Shown here piece after piece: positions 27,835 through 37,994 of a DNA stretch of 64,000 nucleotides. Location of the stretch: positions 7,178 through 71,177 of the forward strand of contig CAJXKY010000004.1 in NCBI GenBank assembly GCA_913055675.1, given 5' to 3'. Under the pieces are notes generated by a model that was not told the origin of the DNA, made no database searches, and saw only the letters and a list, made by a program, of their open reading frames with translations. A program made the position numbers and the translations under genes. The DNA comes from an uncultured Halanaerobiales bacterium (GTDB lineage Bacteria > Bacillota > Halanaerobiia > Halanaerobiales > M55B127). Numbering within the stretch: position 1 is the first letter of the stretch; the number at the start of each line of letters is the position of its first letter.

Positions 27835-29835
27835 ATGACAAAAGAATTTAAGCTTCATTCTCCATATGAACCAAAAGGAGATCAACCCCAAGCTATAAAA
27901 GAATTAGTCGAAGGGGTTAAAAAAGAATATAGACATCAAACTTTACTCGGTGCAACTGGTACAGGAAAGACTTATACAATGGCAGGAGTTGTTGAAAAAG
28001 TAAACAAGCCAACTCTTGTAATAGCCCATAATAAGACCCTTGCTGCTCAATTAGTAAGTGAGTTTAAGGAATTTTTCCCTGAAAACAGGGTAGAATACTT
28101 TGTAAGTTATTATGATTATTATCAGCCGGAGGCTTATGTACCACAATCTGATACCTATATTGAAAAAGATGCTTCGGTTAATGAAGATATTGATAAATTA
28201 AGACTGGCCGCCACCAGTGCTCTTTTGGAGAGAAGAGATGTATTGATTGTGGCCAGTGTTTCGTGTATATATGGATTGGGTTCTCCAGAAGACTATTTGG
28301 AGCTTTCAAGTCATCTTGAAGTAGGAGAACAAAAGGATAGAAAAGAAATTATGAGAGAATTATCTATTATGCAGTATAGTCGTAATGATATTGATTTACA
28401 GCGTGGTCATTTCCGGGTTAGAGGAGATGTTTTTGAAATTTATCCAGCCTATCGTGACCAGGCAATTCGGGTCGAATTATTTGGTGATGAAATTGAAAGA
28501 ATAACTCGGATTAATACTGTGACCGGTGAAATAGTTGAAGATCTAGAAGAAATTAATATCTATCCGGCCAATCACTTTGTTACTCCTGAAGATAAGATTG
28601 AACGGGCTATTAAAAATATTCGGAAAGAACTAGTTGAAAGGTTAGAAGAACTTAGAGAACAGGATAAACTTGTTGAAGCTCAAAGGCTTGAACAGAGGAC
28701 TAATTATGATCTTGAGATGTTGGAACAGATGGGTTTTTGTTCTGGAATTGAAAATTATTCTAGGCATTTAAGCGGTCGAGAAAAGGGGTCACGTCCCCAA
28801 ACTTTGCTGGACTATTTTCCTGATGATTTTCTAGTATTTATAGACGAGTCACATATGACAATACCACAAATTGGTGGTATGTTTGCTGGTGATAGGTCCA
28901 GAAAAGAAAAGTTAGTAGATTATGGTTTTAGACTTCCTTCTGCATTAGACAATAGACCATTGAACTTTGAAGAGTTTGAAAGAGTTGTACCACAAGCAAT
29001 CTATGTTTCTGCAACTCCAGGTCCTTATGAGTATGAGCACAGTCAGCAGATTGTTGAACAAATCATACGTCCAACAGGGTTGGTTGATCCAGAGATTGAA
29101 GTAAAACCAATTGAGGGGCAAATTGATGATCTTCTTGAGGAAATAAGAGTTGTAGTTGAAGAGAGAAATGAAAAAGTATTAGTTACAACCTTGACCAAAA
29201 GGATGTCAGAAGATTTAACAGAATATTTAGGTGAAGCCGGAGTTAAAGTCCGCTACTTACATTCAGATATAGATACTCTTGAAAGATCAGAAATAATTCG
29301 AGATCTTAGATTAGGAGAGTTTGATGTTTTAGTTGGTATTAACCTTCTAAGAGAAGGTTTGGATTTACCTGAAGTATCCCTTGTAGCAATATTAGATGCT
29401 GATAAGGAAGGATTCTTAAGGGCTGAACGTCCTTTAATTCAAACTATCGGTAGAGCTGCTCGTAATGTTAATGGTAAAGTAATAATGTATGCAGATAAAA
29501 TTACTGATTCAATGCGGAAAGCTATTGACGAAACTGAAAGAAGAAGAGAGATTCAAATTGAATTTAATGAAAAAAATGATATTGAACCACAAACTATAAA
29601 AAAACCAGTTCGCGAAGTATTAAGACCAGAGGAAATGATAATTGGAGAAAGCAAACCAGACAAATATAGTTCTGATGACGATAACTTAGAGGAGTTATCA
29701 AAAATCGAACTTCAGAATAAGGTTATAGAATTGGAAGAAGAAATGGATGAAGCTGCTTCAAATTTAGAATTTGAAGTAGCAGCCCAGATTAGAGATGAAA
29801 TTACAGAAATAAAAGAAGAACTTTCAAATAGATGA
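27835..29835 (+). CDS. uvrB: Excinuclease ABC subunit B
   Basis: 666 aa. [17 protein letters not shown] and a C-terminal UVR domain ([11 protein letters not shown]). Confidence 0.95.
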   Translation: MTKEFKLHSPYEPKGDQPQAIKELVEGVKKEYRHQTLLGATGTGKTYTMAGVVEKVNKPTLVIAHNKTLAAQLVSEFKEFFPENRVEYFVSYYDYYQPEAYVPQSDTYIEKDASVNEDIDKLRLAATSALLERRDVLIVASVSCIYGLGSPEDYLELSSHLEVGEQKDRKEIMRELSIMQYSRNDIDLQRGHFRVRGDVFEIYPAYRDQAIRVELFGDEIERITRINTVTGEIVEDLEEINIYPANHFVTPEDKIERAIKNIRKELVERLEELREQDKLVEAQRLEQRTNYDLEMLEQMGFCSGIENYSRHLSGREKGSRPQTLLDYFPDDFLVFIDESHMTIPQIGGMFAGDRSRKEKLVDYGFRLPSALDNRPLNFEEFERVVPQAIYVSATPGPYEYEHSQQIVEQIIRPTGLVDPEIEVKPIEGQIDDLLEEIRVVVEERNEKVLVTTLTKRMSEDLTEYLGEAGVKVRYLHSDIDTLERSEIIRDLRLGEFDVLVGINLLREGLDLPEVSLVAILDADKEGFLRAERPLIQTIGRAARNVNGKVIMYADKITDSMRKAIDETERRREIQIEFNEKNDIEPQTIKKPVREVLRPEEMIIGESKPDKYSSDDDNLEELSKIELQNKVIELEEEMDEAASNLEFEVAAQIRDEITEIKEELSNR

Positions 29836-29851
29836 TATGAGGTGATAATTA

Positions 29852-32671
29852 ATGGGCAGTGATAAACTTATTGTCAAAGGAGCCCGCGAACACAATTTAA
29901 AGAATATAGATGTAGAAATTCCGCGTGATAAATTTGTTGTAATAACAGGTTTAAGTGGATCAGGAAAGTCTTCACTTGCTTTTGATACTATATATGCGGA
30001 AGGTCAGAGAAGATATGTGGAATCACTTTCTTCTTATGCCCGTCAATTTTTAGGACAGATGGAAAAACCGAAGGTAGAATATATTGAAGGATTATCTCCA
30101 GCTATTTCAATAGATCAGAAATCGACAAGCAAAAACCCCCGCTCTACTGTGGGTACAGTAACCGAGATATATGATTATTTAAGATTGTTGTATGCTAGGA
30201 TAGGTACTCCCCATTGTCCGGTCTGTGGAAAAGAAATCAGTTCACAATCTTTAGATGAAATAGTTGATCAAGTTTTAGAACTTGAAAACAGAACCAAAAT
30301 ACAGATTTTAGCCCCTGTTATTAGAGGTAGAAAAGGTGAACATGATCAAGTTTTTGCCCAGGCACGAAGAGATGGATTTATTCGAGTAAAGGTTGATGGA
30401 GAGAGCTATTTAATCGATGATGAAGTTAATTTAGATAAAAATAAAAAGCATGATATTGAAATTGTTGTGGATCGTATTGTAATAAAAGAGGATATAAGAG
30501 AAAGATTAGCTGATTCAATAGAAACAGCTTTAGAATATACAGAAGGTTTAGTATATGTAGATATTATAGATGGAGAAACAATGACCTTTAGTGAAAAATT
30601 TGCTTGTAATGAGCATGGATTTAATCTAGAAGAGTTATCTCCACGTATGTTCTCATTTAATAGTCCGTATGGTGCATGTCAGACCTGTGATGGTTTAGGA
30701 ATTAAAAAAGAATTTGATCCAGATTTGATTTTAGATGAAGAAAGATCAATTAAAGATGGTGGTATAATTCCCTGGAGAAATACTTCCAGCAGATACTATC
30801 CACAGATTCTAAAAGCCTTGGCTGAAGAATATGGTTTCAGTATGGGAACACCTATTGAAGATTTAAGTCAAGAAATTAAGGATGTTTTAATATATGGCTC
30901 TGACCGTACACTTAATTTCCCATATACCAACCGTTATGGTAAGACAAGACAGCAAAACACTCAGTTTAAAGGTGTAATACATTATTTAAAAAGAAGATTG
31001 AAACGGTCTGATTCTGCCAGTTCACACAGCAAAATTAATAAATATATGAGAGAAGACCATTGTCATGATTGCCAGGGGCAACGATTAAAACCAGGTGCTT
31101 TAGCAGTTACAGTTGGTGGAATTTCGATTGCAGAATTCACCCGTAAAAATATTGGTGATGCCCTTGAATTTATTGAAAACCTTAAATTAAGTGAAAGAGA
31201 GAAATTTATTGGTTCTGAAATATTAAAAGAGATTAAAAATAGACTACAATTTATGGTAAATGTAGGTTTAGACTATTTAACTTTAGCTCGTTCTGCTGCT
31301 AGTTTATCAGGTGGAGAAGCACAAAGGATAAGGCTTGCTACCCAGATTGGTTCTGGGTTAGTTGGAGTCCTATATATCCTTGATGAACCAAGTATCGGTC
31401 TTCATCAAAGAGATAATAAGCGTCTAATAGATACTCTAGAGCATATCAGGGATACTGGTAATACAGTTATTGTTGTTGAACATGATGAGGAGACTATTAG
31501 ATCAGCAGACCATATTATTGATATTGGTCCTGGAGCCGGTAAACATGGTGGCAATATAGTAGTTCAAGGTGATGTAGATGAAGTTACAAACTGTGAAAAA
31601 TCTATCACAGGAAAGTATTTAAAGGGAGAAGAAAAGATTCCTCTGCCTGATCCAGAAGAAAGATATGAACCAAATGGAAATTTCTTAGAAATTAAAGGAG
31701 CTAGACAGTTCAATCTAAAAGATATTGATGTAAAAATACCGTTAGGAACCTTTACCTGTATAACAGGTGTTTCAGGTTCAGGAAAATCGACCCTAATTAA
31801 TTATACTCTCAAAAGAGAATTAATGCGTGAAATATATGATTCAACTGACCATCCTGGTGAACATGATGAAATTAAAGGAGTAAATCAACTTGATAAGGTG
31901 ATCAATATTGATCAATCTCCTATCGGTAGAACACCACGTTCCAATCCGGCAACTTATACAAAAGTCTTTGATTATATTAGAGACCTTTTTGCTGAAACAC
32001 CGGAAGCTAGAAGACGTGGATATAAAAAAGGTAGATTCAGTTTCAATGTTAAAGGTGGACGCTGTGAAGCATGTGGCGGCCAGGGTATTAATAAGATAGA
32101 AATGCACTTTTTAGCTGATGTATATGTACCTTGTGATGTTTGTGGTGGTAAAAGATATAATAAAGAAACATTAGAAATTAAATATAAAGGTAAAACGATT
32201 GCTGATGTACTTGATATGACGGTCGAAGAAGCACTAAACTTCTTTGATAAGATTCCTGCCTTAAAACGCAGACTACAGACTCTTTATGATGTAGGTCTAG
32301 GATATATTAAACTAGGGCAACCTGCTACAACATTATCAGGTGGAGAAGCACAGCGAGTTAAGATTTCGACAGAATTAGGTAAAAGAAGTACAGGTGATAC
32401 ACTTTATATGCTTGATGAACCAACAACCGGACTTCACTTTGCAGATGTCAAGAAATTATTAGAAGTTCTGCATAGGCTTAGAGAAGGCGGTAATACTGTA
32501 GTTGTAATCGAACATGACCTTGATGTTATCAAATCAGCGGACTATATAATTGATTTAGGTCCTGAAGGTGGAGACCAGGGTGGAGAAGTATTAGCTACTG
32601 GTACACCCGAAGAAATAGCACAAGCTGATAATTCCTATACAGGTAAGTTTTTAAGGGAGATCTTAAACTAA
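29852..32671 (+). CDS. uvrA: Excinuclease ABC subunit A
   Basis: 939 aa. Two ABC modules ([20 protein letters not shown]), LSGGEAQR twice, and zinc-finger cysteines. Confidence 0.95.
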   Translation: MGSDKLIVKGAREHNLKNIDVEIPRDKFVVITGLSGSGKSSLAFDTIYAEGQRRYVESLSSYARQFLGQMEKPKVEYIEGLSPAISIDQKSTSKNPRSTVGTVTEIYDYLRLLYARIGTPHCPVCGKEISSQSLDEIVDQVLELENRTKIQILAPVIRGRKGEHDQVFAQARRDGFIRVKVDGESYLIDDEVNLDKNKKHDIEIVVDRIVIKEDIRERLADSIETALEYTEGLVYVDIIDGETMTFSEKFACNEHGFNLEELSPRMFSFNSPYGACQTCDGLGIKKEFDPDLILDEERSIKDGGIIPWRNTSSRYYPQILKALAEEYGFSMGTPIEDLSQEIKDVLIYGSDRTLNFPYTNRYGKTRQQNTQFKGVIHYLKRRLKRSDSASSHSKINKYMREDHCHDCQGQRLKPGALAVTVGGISIAEFTRKNIGDALEFIENLKLSEREKFIGSEILKEIKNRLQFMVNVGLDYLTLARSAASLSGGEAQRIRLATQIGSGLVGVLYILDEPSIGLHQRDNKRLIDTLEHIRDTGNTVIVVEHDEETIRSADHIIDIGPGAGKHGGNIVVQGDVDEVTNCEKSITGKYLKGEEKIPLPDPEERYEPNGNFLEIKGARQFNLKDIDVKIPLGTFTCITGVSGSGKSTLINYTLKRELMREIYDSTDHPGEHDEIKGVNQLDKVINIDQSPIGRTPRSNPATYTKVFDYIRDLFAETPEARRRGYKKGRFSFNVKGGRCEACGGQGINKIEMHFLADVYVPCDVCGGKRYNKETLEIKYKGKTIADVLDMTVEEALNFFDKIPALKRRLQTLYDVGLGYIKLGQPATTLSGGEAQRVKISTELGKRSTGDTLYMLDEPTTGLHFADVKKLLEVLHRLREGGNTVVVIEHDLDVIKSADYIIDLGPEGGDQGGEVLATGTPEEIAQADNSYTGKFLREILN

Positions 32672-32684
32672 AAAGGTGAAAAAT

Positions 32685-34514
32685 ATGAGTGAATATATTG
32701 AAGAACAAATTAAACAAATACCAGATAAACCGGGCGTTTATCTAATGAAAGATAGTTTCGGGGAAATAATATATGTAGGGAAGGCCCGTTCTTTAAAAAA
32801 ACGGGTCCGTTCCTATTTCCGAAAAGGCAACCATAGCTATAAGACTGCTATTATGGTTGATGATATTGATGATTTTGATTATATAGTAACTGATACAGAA
32901 ATGGAGTCCTTTATCTTAGAGGCTAATTTAATTAAAAAACACCAACCTCAATATAATATTAGGCTAAAAGATGATAAGACTTATCCTTTTATAAAAATAA
33001 CGACCTATGAAGATTTTCCCCGGATAAAAAAAACACGGGTTGTAAAAAATGATGGAAGTAAATATTTTGGCCCTTTTGCAGATGTAGGTGCGATCTATAA
33101 AACTATAAATATTTTAAAAGATCTCTTCAAATTAAGAAGTTGTAATTATGATATCAGTGAAGAAAAACAGTTGGAAAGGCCCTGTTTGAATTACTATATT
33201 GATAAATGTATGGCCCCTTGTGTAGGCAAGATAAGTAAAGAAGATTACCACCAGTTGATCGACCAGGTGGTTTTATTCTTATCAGGGCGTCAGAAGAACT
33301 TAATAGACAAAATAGAAGAAAAGATGAATACAGCAGCCGAAGAAGAGAACTTTGAAAAAGCAGCTCGCTACAGAGACGCAATTCAGGCTGTCGAAGAAAT
33401 TTCAAGGCAGCAAAAAGTAATGTCAGAAGATGACCAGGACCGTGATATTATTGCTATTAAAGAAGATGGTTCTTATTGTGTACAGCTATTATTAGTTAAA
33501 AACGGTAAACTTATCGGTCAAGAACATTATATATTAGAAGTACCCGAAGGGGAAGACCAAAGTGAAGTTATGTCTTCTTTTCTCCAACAATATTATGAAC
33601 AGGCTCCACAGCTTCCTGATGAAATCTTAATAAATACAGAAATAAATAACAGGGACATACTTGCTGATAGATTAAAACAGCTGAAAGGAAAAAAAGTTGC
33701 AATCAAAATTCCTTCACGCGGCAATAAAAAGAGATTAATTGAGATGGCATTGAAAAATGCAGAACAAAATCTAAAAAAAGATCAGATAAAACGGAAATAC
33801 GAAGCAAAAAGAACTGTGAAAGCAGTAGAAAAATTAAAGGAATATCTGGATTTAGATAAACCACCTCAATATATAGAAGGATTTGATATTTCAAATATCC
33901 AGGGTACTGATCCGGTTGCTTCGATGGTGGTTTTTAAAGATGGAAGAGCTGTTAAAAGTGAGTACAGGAGATTCAAAATCCAGCATGATGAAGGTCCTGA
34001 TGATTATGCAATGATGAGAGAGGTCGTTCATCGAAGATATAGAAGACTATTAGATGAAGAAAGACCTTTCCCCGATTTGATCTTAATTGATGGAGGGAAA
34101 GGGCAGTTAAATGCTGCTCAGGCCATTTTAACTGAATTAGGGATCGAAGAAAAAATTGAGATGGTTGGATTGGCCAAGAGAGAAGAAGAAATTTTTAAAG
34201 CAAATAAAGAAGATCCAATTATCCTTTCTAAAAATTCTAATGCTCTTCATTTACTACAGAGAGTTAGAGATGAAGCACATCGCTTTGCAGTTAACTATCA
34301 TCGGAAATTGAGATCTAGACGTATTTCCCATAGTATGTTGGAAAGAATTCCCGGCATAGGAACCGAAAAAAGAAAAGCATTGCTGCAGCACTTCAGTTCA
34401 CTTGCCAAAATTAGAACTGCAGATGTTAAAGAGCTAAAAGAAGTCAATGGTATAAGTGATAAATTAGCCCAAGAAATAAGTAAATATTTAGAGGAAAATA
34501 CTAGAAATATATAA
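32685..34514 (+). CDS. uvrC: Excinuclease ABC subunit C
   Basis: ATG at 32685 after AAAGGTGA (track GTG 32676 lies in the RBS). GIY-YIG (PGVYLMKD...IIYVGKA), UVR domain (FEKAARYRD), C-terminal HhH (IPGIGTEKRKALL). Confidence 0.95.
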   Translation: MSEYIEEQIKQIPDKPGVYLMKDSFGEIIYVGKARSLKKRVRSYFRKGNHSYKTAIMVDDIDDFDYIVTDTEMESFILEANLIKKHQPQYNIRLKDDKTYPFIKITTYEDFPRIKKTRVVKNDGSKYFGPFADVGAIYKTINILKDLFKLRSCNYDISEEKQLERPCLNYYIDKCMAPCVGKISKEDYHQLIDQVVLFLSGRQKNLIDKIEEKMNTAAEEENFEKAARYRDAIQAVEEISRQQKVMSEDDQDRDIIAIKEDGSYCVQLLLVKNGKLIGQEHYILEVPEGEDQSEVMSSFLQQYYEQAPQLPDEILINTEINNRDILADRLKQLKGKKVAIKIPSRGNKKRLIEMALKNAEQNLKKDQIKRKYEAKRTVKAVEKLKEYLDLDKPPQYIEGFDISNIQGTDPVASMVVFKDGRAVKSEYRRFKIQHDEGPDDYAMMREVVHRRYRRLLDEERPFPDLILIDGGKGQLNAAQAILTELGIEEKIEMVGLAKREEEIFKANKEDPIILSKNSNALHLLQRVRDEAHRFAVNYHRKLRSRRISHSMLERIPGIGTEKRKALLQHFSSLAKIRTADVKELKEVNGISDKLAQEISKYLEENTRNI

Positions 34515-34562
34515 AAACCCTGAAAAAAGTCAATTTTACTATTGACAATCAGGGTTTTTTAA
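34514..34562 (+). terminator. Rho-independent terminator after uvrC
   Basis: AAAAACCCTGA ... TCAGGGTTTTTT with an internal GTCAAT/ATTGAC sub-stem. The 3' half also carries a possible -35 TTGACA (34542-34547), with TATCAT at 34565-34570, for the next operon. Confidence 0.75.
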
Positions 34563-34572
34563 GTTATCATAA

Positions 34573-34590
34573 ATGTGAAATAAATCACAT
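34573..34590 (+). promoter_or_regulatory. Rex-like (TGTGA-N6-TCACA) palindromic operator upstream of the hydrogenase operon
   Basis: ATGTGAAATAAATCACAT matches Rex consensus TTGTGAA-N4-TTCACAA at 15 of 18 positions. Lies between the putative -10 and the RBS of the 34609 gene. Confidence 0.5.
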
Positions 34591-34608
34591 AAAAGGAGAA
34601 TAAAACTT

Positions 34609-34869
34609 ATGGTTGAGGTCAAAATATGTGTTGGAAGTAGTTGTCATTTAAAAGGTGCACCGGAAGTTGTAGAAAAGTTTAAGAGCCTAATTAAAGAAAA
34701 AGAACTAGAAGACAGTATTAATTTAAAAGCGAGTTTTTGTCAGAATAACTGTACTGCTGGTGTTAATATTACTATAGATGGTACAAAGATATCAAATGTA
34801 TCTGGTGATGATGTAGAAAAAATAATAGATCAAAAAATTTTAGGGGAGATTGTGAATGAAAATACTTGA
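34609..34869 (+). CDS. Thioredoxin-like [2Fe-2S] ferredoxin-domain protein (hfsA-like position)
   Basis: 86 aa, RBS AAAGGAG. Cys pattern C-x4-C ... C-x3-C (CVGSSC ... CQNNC), as in the NuoE/HydC fold. Confidence 0.7.
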   Translation: MVEVKICVGSSCHLKGAPEVVEKFKSLIKEKELEDSINLKASFCQNNCTAGVNITIDGTKISNVSGDDVEKIIDQKILGEIVNENT

Positions 34870-36565
34870 TGTAGTAAAGACAAGCTGTCAGGACTGTCAC
34901 CGCTGCTTAAGAAGTTGTGAAGTAGGAGCAATTGGTTTTGATGAACAGGCCTGGATAATAGAAGATAAATGTATATACTGTGGAACCTGTATGAGTGTAT
35001 GTCCACAGGACTCAAAAAAACCATATGACATGAAAGAAAATTTAATAGACTACATAGAAAGTGAGCAGGAAGTTATTGTGAGTTTAGCGCCCTCGTACTT
35101 AACAGCTTATCCTGAAATCGAGTGGTTTAATATCATAGGTACTTTAAGAGAATTAGGTGTTGATCTTATTACTGAGACAGCTCAAGCCGCAGAACTTGTA
35201 GCTGATAACTTTAATAAAATGATAAAAGGACGAGATAAAACCCTACTTTCAAGCTGCTGTCCTTCCATTATAAATTTAATTGAAAAACATTATCCTGAAA
35301 TGAGAGAATATCTGGCAGATATAGTTTCTCCCATGAATTTACATGCTTCTCTATTAAAAGAGAAGTATGGTGAAAATAGTAAGGTGGTTTTTATCGGTCC
35401 CTGTATAGCAAAAATGGATGAGATTTCTAATGATAGGACCGAATCAAAGGTAGATTCTGTTATCACTTTTAATCAGTTTAAAACATTATGTGAAGAGATG
35501 AAGATTAATCCTAAAGAATATTCGGATTATAGAATAGATGAAGGGTGTGGACAAATTGCTGGTACTTATCCCTTGGAAAAAGGAGCTGTAAAGGCTTCTA
35601 ACCTTTTAAAAGAATTTAAAGATACAGAAGTACTTTCAGCTAATGGGGTTAAGAGTTGCAAGAAAATATTAGAAGACTTAAAAAATGAAAAGTTAACTCC
35701 GCGGTTTATTGAATTAATGGCTTGTGAAGGAGGCTGTATTAACGGTCCAGGAATTGAAAGCTTTGATAGTACTATAAGTAAAGAGATTAAAGTAAATAGA
35801 TATGCTGACCAGAAAGAAGTTAAATACAATTCGAGAGATTTATCTCAATATATGAATGAAATATCCATAAATAGGAATTATAAGGATAGAAAAAAGGTAT
35901 ATGAAGAGCCTTCAGAAGAGGAAATAAGAGATATTTTAAAAGATATTGGGAAAGAAAAGCCAGAAGATGAAACCAATTGTGGAGGATGTGGTTATGATTC
36001 CTGTCGGGAAAAAGCAGTAGCAGTTTATCATGGATTAGCTCAAAAAAAGATGTGTATTCCCTATATGAAATCTAAGGCTGAATCACTTTCACATATTATT
36101 GTTGAATCTTCTCATAATGCTATTATAGTTGTTGATAAAAATATGATTATACAGGAGATAAACCCCGTTGCTAATCAGATGTTTGGAGATAAAGATTCAA
36201 TCTGGGATGGAAAAGAACTTTCACAATTTATTGATCCAAAATTATTTGAAAAAGTTTGGAGTACAAAAGAATCAATTGTCCATAAAAAGGTTGAATATGA
36301 TGAGTATGAACTAATTACTGAACAGACAATTTTTCCTATTGAAGAATACGGGGTTATTGTTGGCATATTTTCAGATATAACACAGCGAGAACAGCAGAAG
36401 AAAAGGGTTCAGGAGATGAAAGAACTAGCAGCAGAAAAAGCTGAGGATGTTGTTCATCAACAGATGAAAATAGTTCAGGAAATAGCCGGACTTTTAGGTG
36501 AAACAACTGTTGAAACAAAGACAGCTCTCCATGAGTTGACTGAACTAATGCAGGAGGAAAAGTAA
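34856..36565 (+). CDS. Sensory [FeFe]-hydrogenase-like protein with PAS domain (HydS / group C type)
   Basis: 569 aa. Two N-terminal 4Fe-4S motifs (CQDCHRCLRSC, CIYCGTCMSVCP). H-cluster motifs SSCCPSI, GPCIAKMDE and ELMACEGGCINGPG. Extra cluster C-x2-C-x4-C-x16-C (NCGGCGYDSC...KKMC). C-terminal PAS (NAIIVVDKNMIIQEINPVANQMFG...GIFSDITQRE). Confidence 0.85.
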   Translation: MKILDVVKTSCQDCHRCLRSCEVGAIGFDEQAWIIEDKCIYCGTCMSVCPQDSKKPYDMKENLIDYIESEQEVIVSLAPSYLTAYPEIEWFNIIGTLRELGVDLITETAQAAELVADNFNKMIKGRDKTLLSSCCPSIINLIEKHYPEMREYLADIVSPMNLHASLLKEKYGENSKVVFIGPCIAKMDEISNDRTESKVDSVITFNQFKTLCEEMKINPKEYSDYRIDEGCGQIAGTYPLEKGAVKASNLLKEFKDTEVLSANGVKSCKKILEDLKNEKLTPRFIELMACEGGCINGPGIESFDSTISKEIKVNRYADQKEVKYNSRDLSQYMNEISINRNYKDRKKVYEEPSEEEIRDILKDIGKEKPEDETNCGGCGYDSCREKAVAVYHGLAQKKMCIPYMKSKAESLSHIIVESSHNAIIVVDKNMIIQEINPVANQMFGDKDSIWDGKELSQFIDPKLFEKVWSTKESIVHKKVEYDEYELITEQTIFPIEEYGVIVGIFSDITQREQQKKRVQEMKELAAEKAEDVVHQQMKIVQEIAGLLGETTVETKTALHELTELMQEEK

Positions 36566-37716
36566 TGGATCTTGTAATAGATGAGTTTTATAAAAGTATT
36601 CCTAAAAAGGGGCAAGAAGTCTGTGGTGATAATGTAGAAATCATCAAAAACGATCAAGAAACAATAGTTGTTTTATCTGATGGATTAGGTAGTGGTATTA
36701 AAGCTAACATATTATCTACTTTAACATCTAAGATCACAGTTGGCTTAATAGATAAGCAATTACCATTAATTGAAATTATAGAAACCCTGATTGCAACCTT
36801 ACCGATCTGTGAAGTACGTGAAATTGCTTATTCTACTTTAGCAGTACTGAGATTATCTCAGGATGGAACAGCTCAAATAATCGAAATGGATACTCCTTCA
36901 GTATTTTTGGTAAGAGATAATCAAATTAAAGAGATTGAGATGCAAGAGCGTGAGTTGAGGGGGAAAACAATTCGAGAAGCTGAAATACAATTGAATAGAA
37001 GTGACAGAATATTTATGGTGAGTGATGGAGTTATCCATGCTGGGATCGGTGCTCTATTAGATTTCGGAATAGGTTGGCAGGGTTTTGCTAGACATGTTGA
37101 AGATGTGGTGGGGCGTTTTAATGATCTAAAAAACATGATAGAAAAATTAGTTGATATCTGTTTGGCATATTATTTAATGGAACCCGGTGATGATTTTACA
37201 GTTTTAGGTTTGAGTTTTAGAAAGAAACGTAAACTTACAATGTTAAGTGGGCCACCTCAAGATCCGAAAAAAGATGAGGAAGTAGTTTTTGAACTACTGG
37301 AAGGACCTGGTCAAAAGATTGTAAGTGGTGGCACAACTGCTCATATAGTAGCAAGGGAATTAAATCAAAAGGTTGAATCTACCTTTGATTATTATGATAA
37401 AGATGTTCCTCCCTTGATGAAAATAAAAGGGATGGATTTAGTGACAGAAGGGCTATTAACTTTAAATAAAGTAACTGACTATTTAGAAAAACACAAACAT
37501 GGTCAATTATATCCGAATGGCAAAGATGGGGCTTCTCGTTTGGTTAGAATGTTGCTTGCAAGTGATTATATAAAGATGATTGTAGGAAGGGCAATGAATG
37601 AATCACATCAGAGTTTGAATCTTCCTCTTGAATTAGGGATTAGAACTCAGGTAATGAACCGAATAGCAGGTTGTTTAAAAAAGCTTAATAAAGATGTTGA
37701 AATTATTTGGTATTAA
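36565..37716 (+). CDS. PP2C/SpoIIE-family serine phosphatase with unassigned C-terminal domain
   Basis: 383 aa, TAATG overlap with the upstream gene. EVCGDNVEII, VLSDGLGSGIKANILS and MVSDGVIHAG are PP2C metal-site motifs. Residues from about 220 to 383 match no family I recognise. Confidence 0.75.
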   Translation: MDLVIDEFYKSIPKKGQEVCGDNVEIIKNDQETIVVLSDGLGSGIKANILSTLTSKITVGLIDKQLPLIEIIETLIATLPICEVREIAYSTLAVLRLSQDGTAQIIEMDTPSVFLVRDNQIKEIEMQERELRGKTIREAEIQLNRSDRIFMVSDGVIHAGIGALLDFGIGWQGFARHVEDVVGRFNDLKNMIEKLVDICLAYYLMEPGDDFTVLGLSFRKKRKLTMLSGPPQDPKKDEEVVFELLEGPGQKIVSGGTTAHIVARELNQKVESTFDYYDKDVPPLMKIKGMDLVTEGLLTLNKVTDYLEKHKHGQLYPNGKDGASRLVRMLLASDYIKMIVGRAMNESHQSLNLPLELGIRTQVMNRIAGCLKKLNKDVEIIWY

Positions 37717-37733
37717 AAGAATGGAGTGATTAG

Positions 37734-37970
37734 ATGAAAAAGCTAACAGTGGAAGTTTGTATTGGAACTCCTTGTTATCTGATGGGGGCCAGGGAATTAA
37801 TAGATGATATGACAGAACTACAGAATGAATATGAGGATAAAATAAAATTTAAGACCTTACACTGTATCGAAGAACGATGTGAAAATGCACCTATAGTAAA
37901 AATTGATGGAGAAATATATGAAGAAATGACCCCAGATAAATTACGCGAAATAATATTAGAAAGAATATAA
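37734..37970 (+). CDS. Thioredoxin-like [2Fe-2S] ferredoxin-domain protein
   Basis: 78 aa, RBS GGAGTG. Cys pattern CIGTPC ... CIEERC. Paralogous in layout to the 34609 gene. Confidence 0.65.
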   Translation: MKKLTVEVCIGTPCYLMGARELIDDMTELQNEYEDKIKFKTLHCIEERCENAPIVKIDGEIYEEMTPDKLREIILERI

Positions 37971-37994
37971 GGTTTAAAGAAAGGAGGTCTTAAA

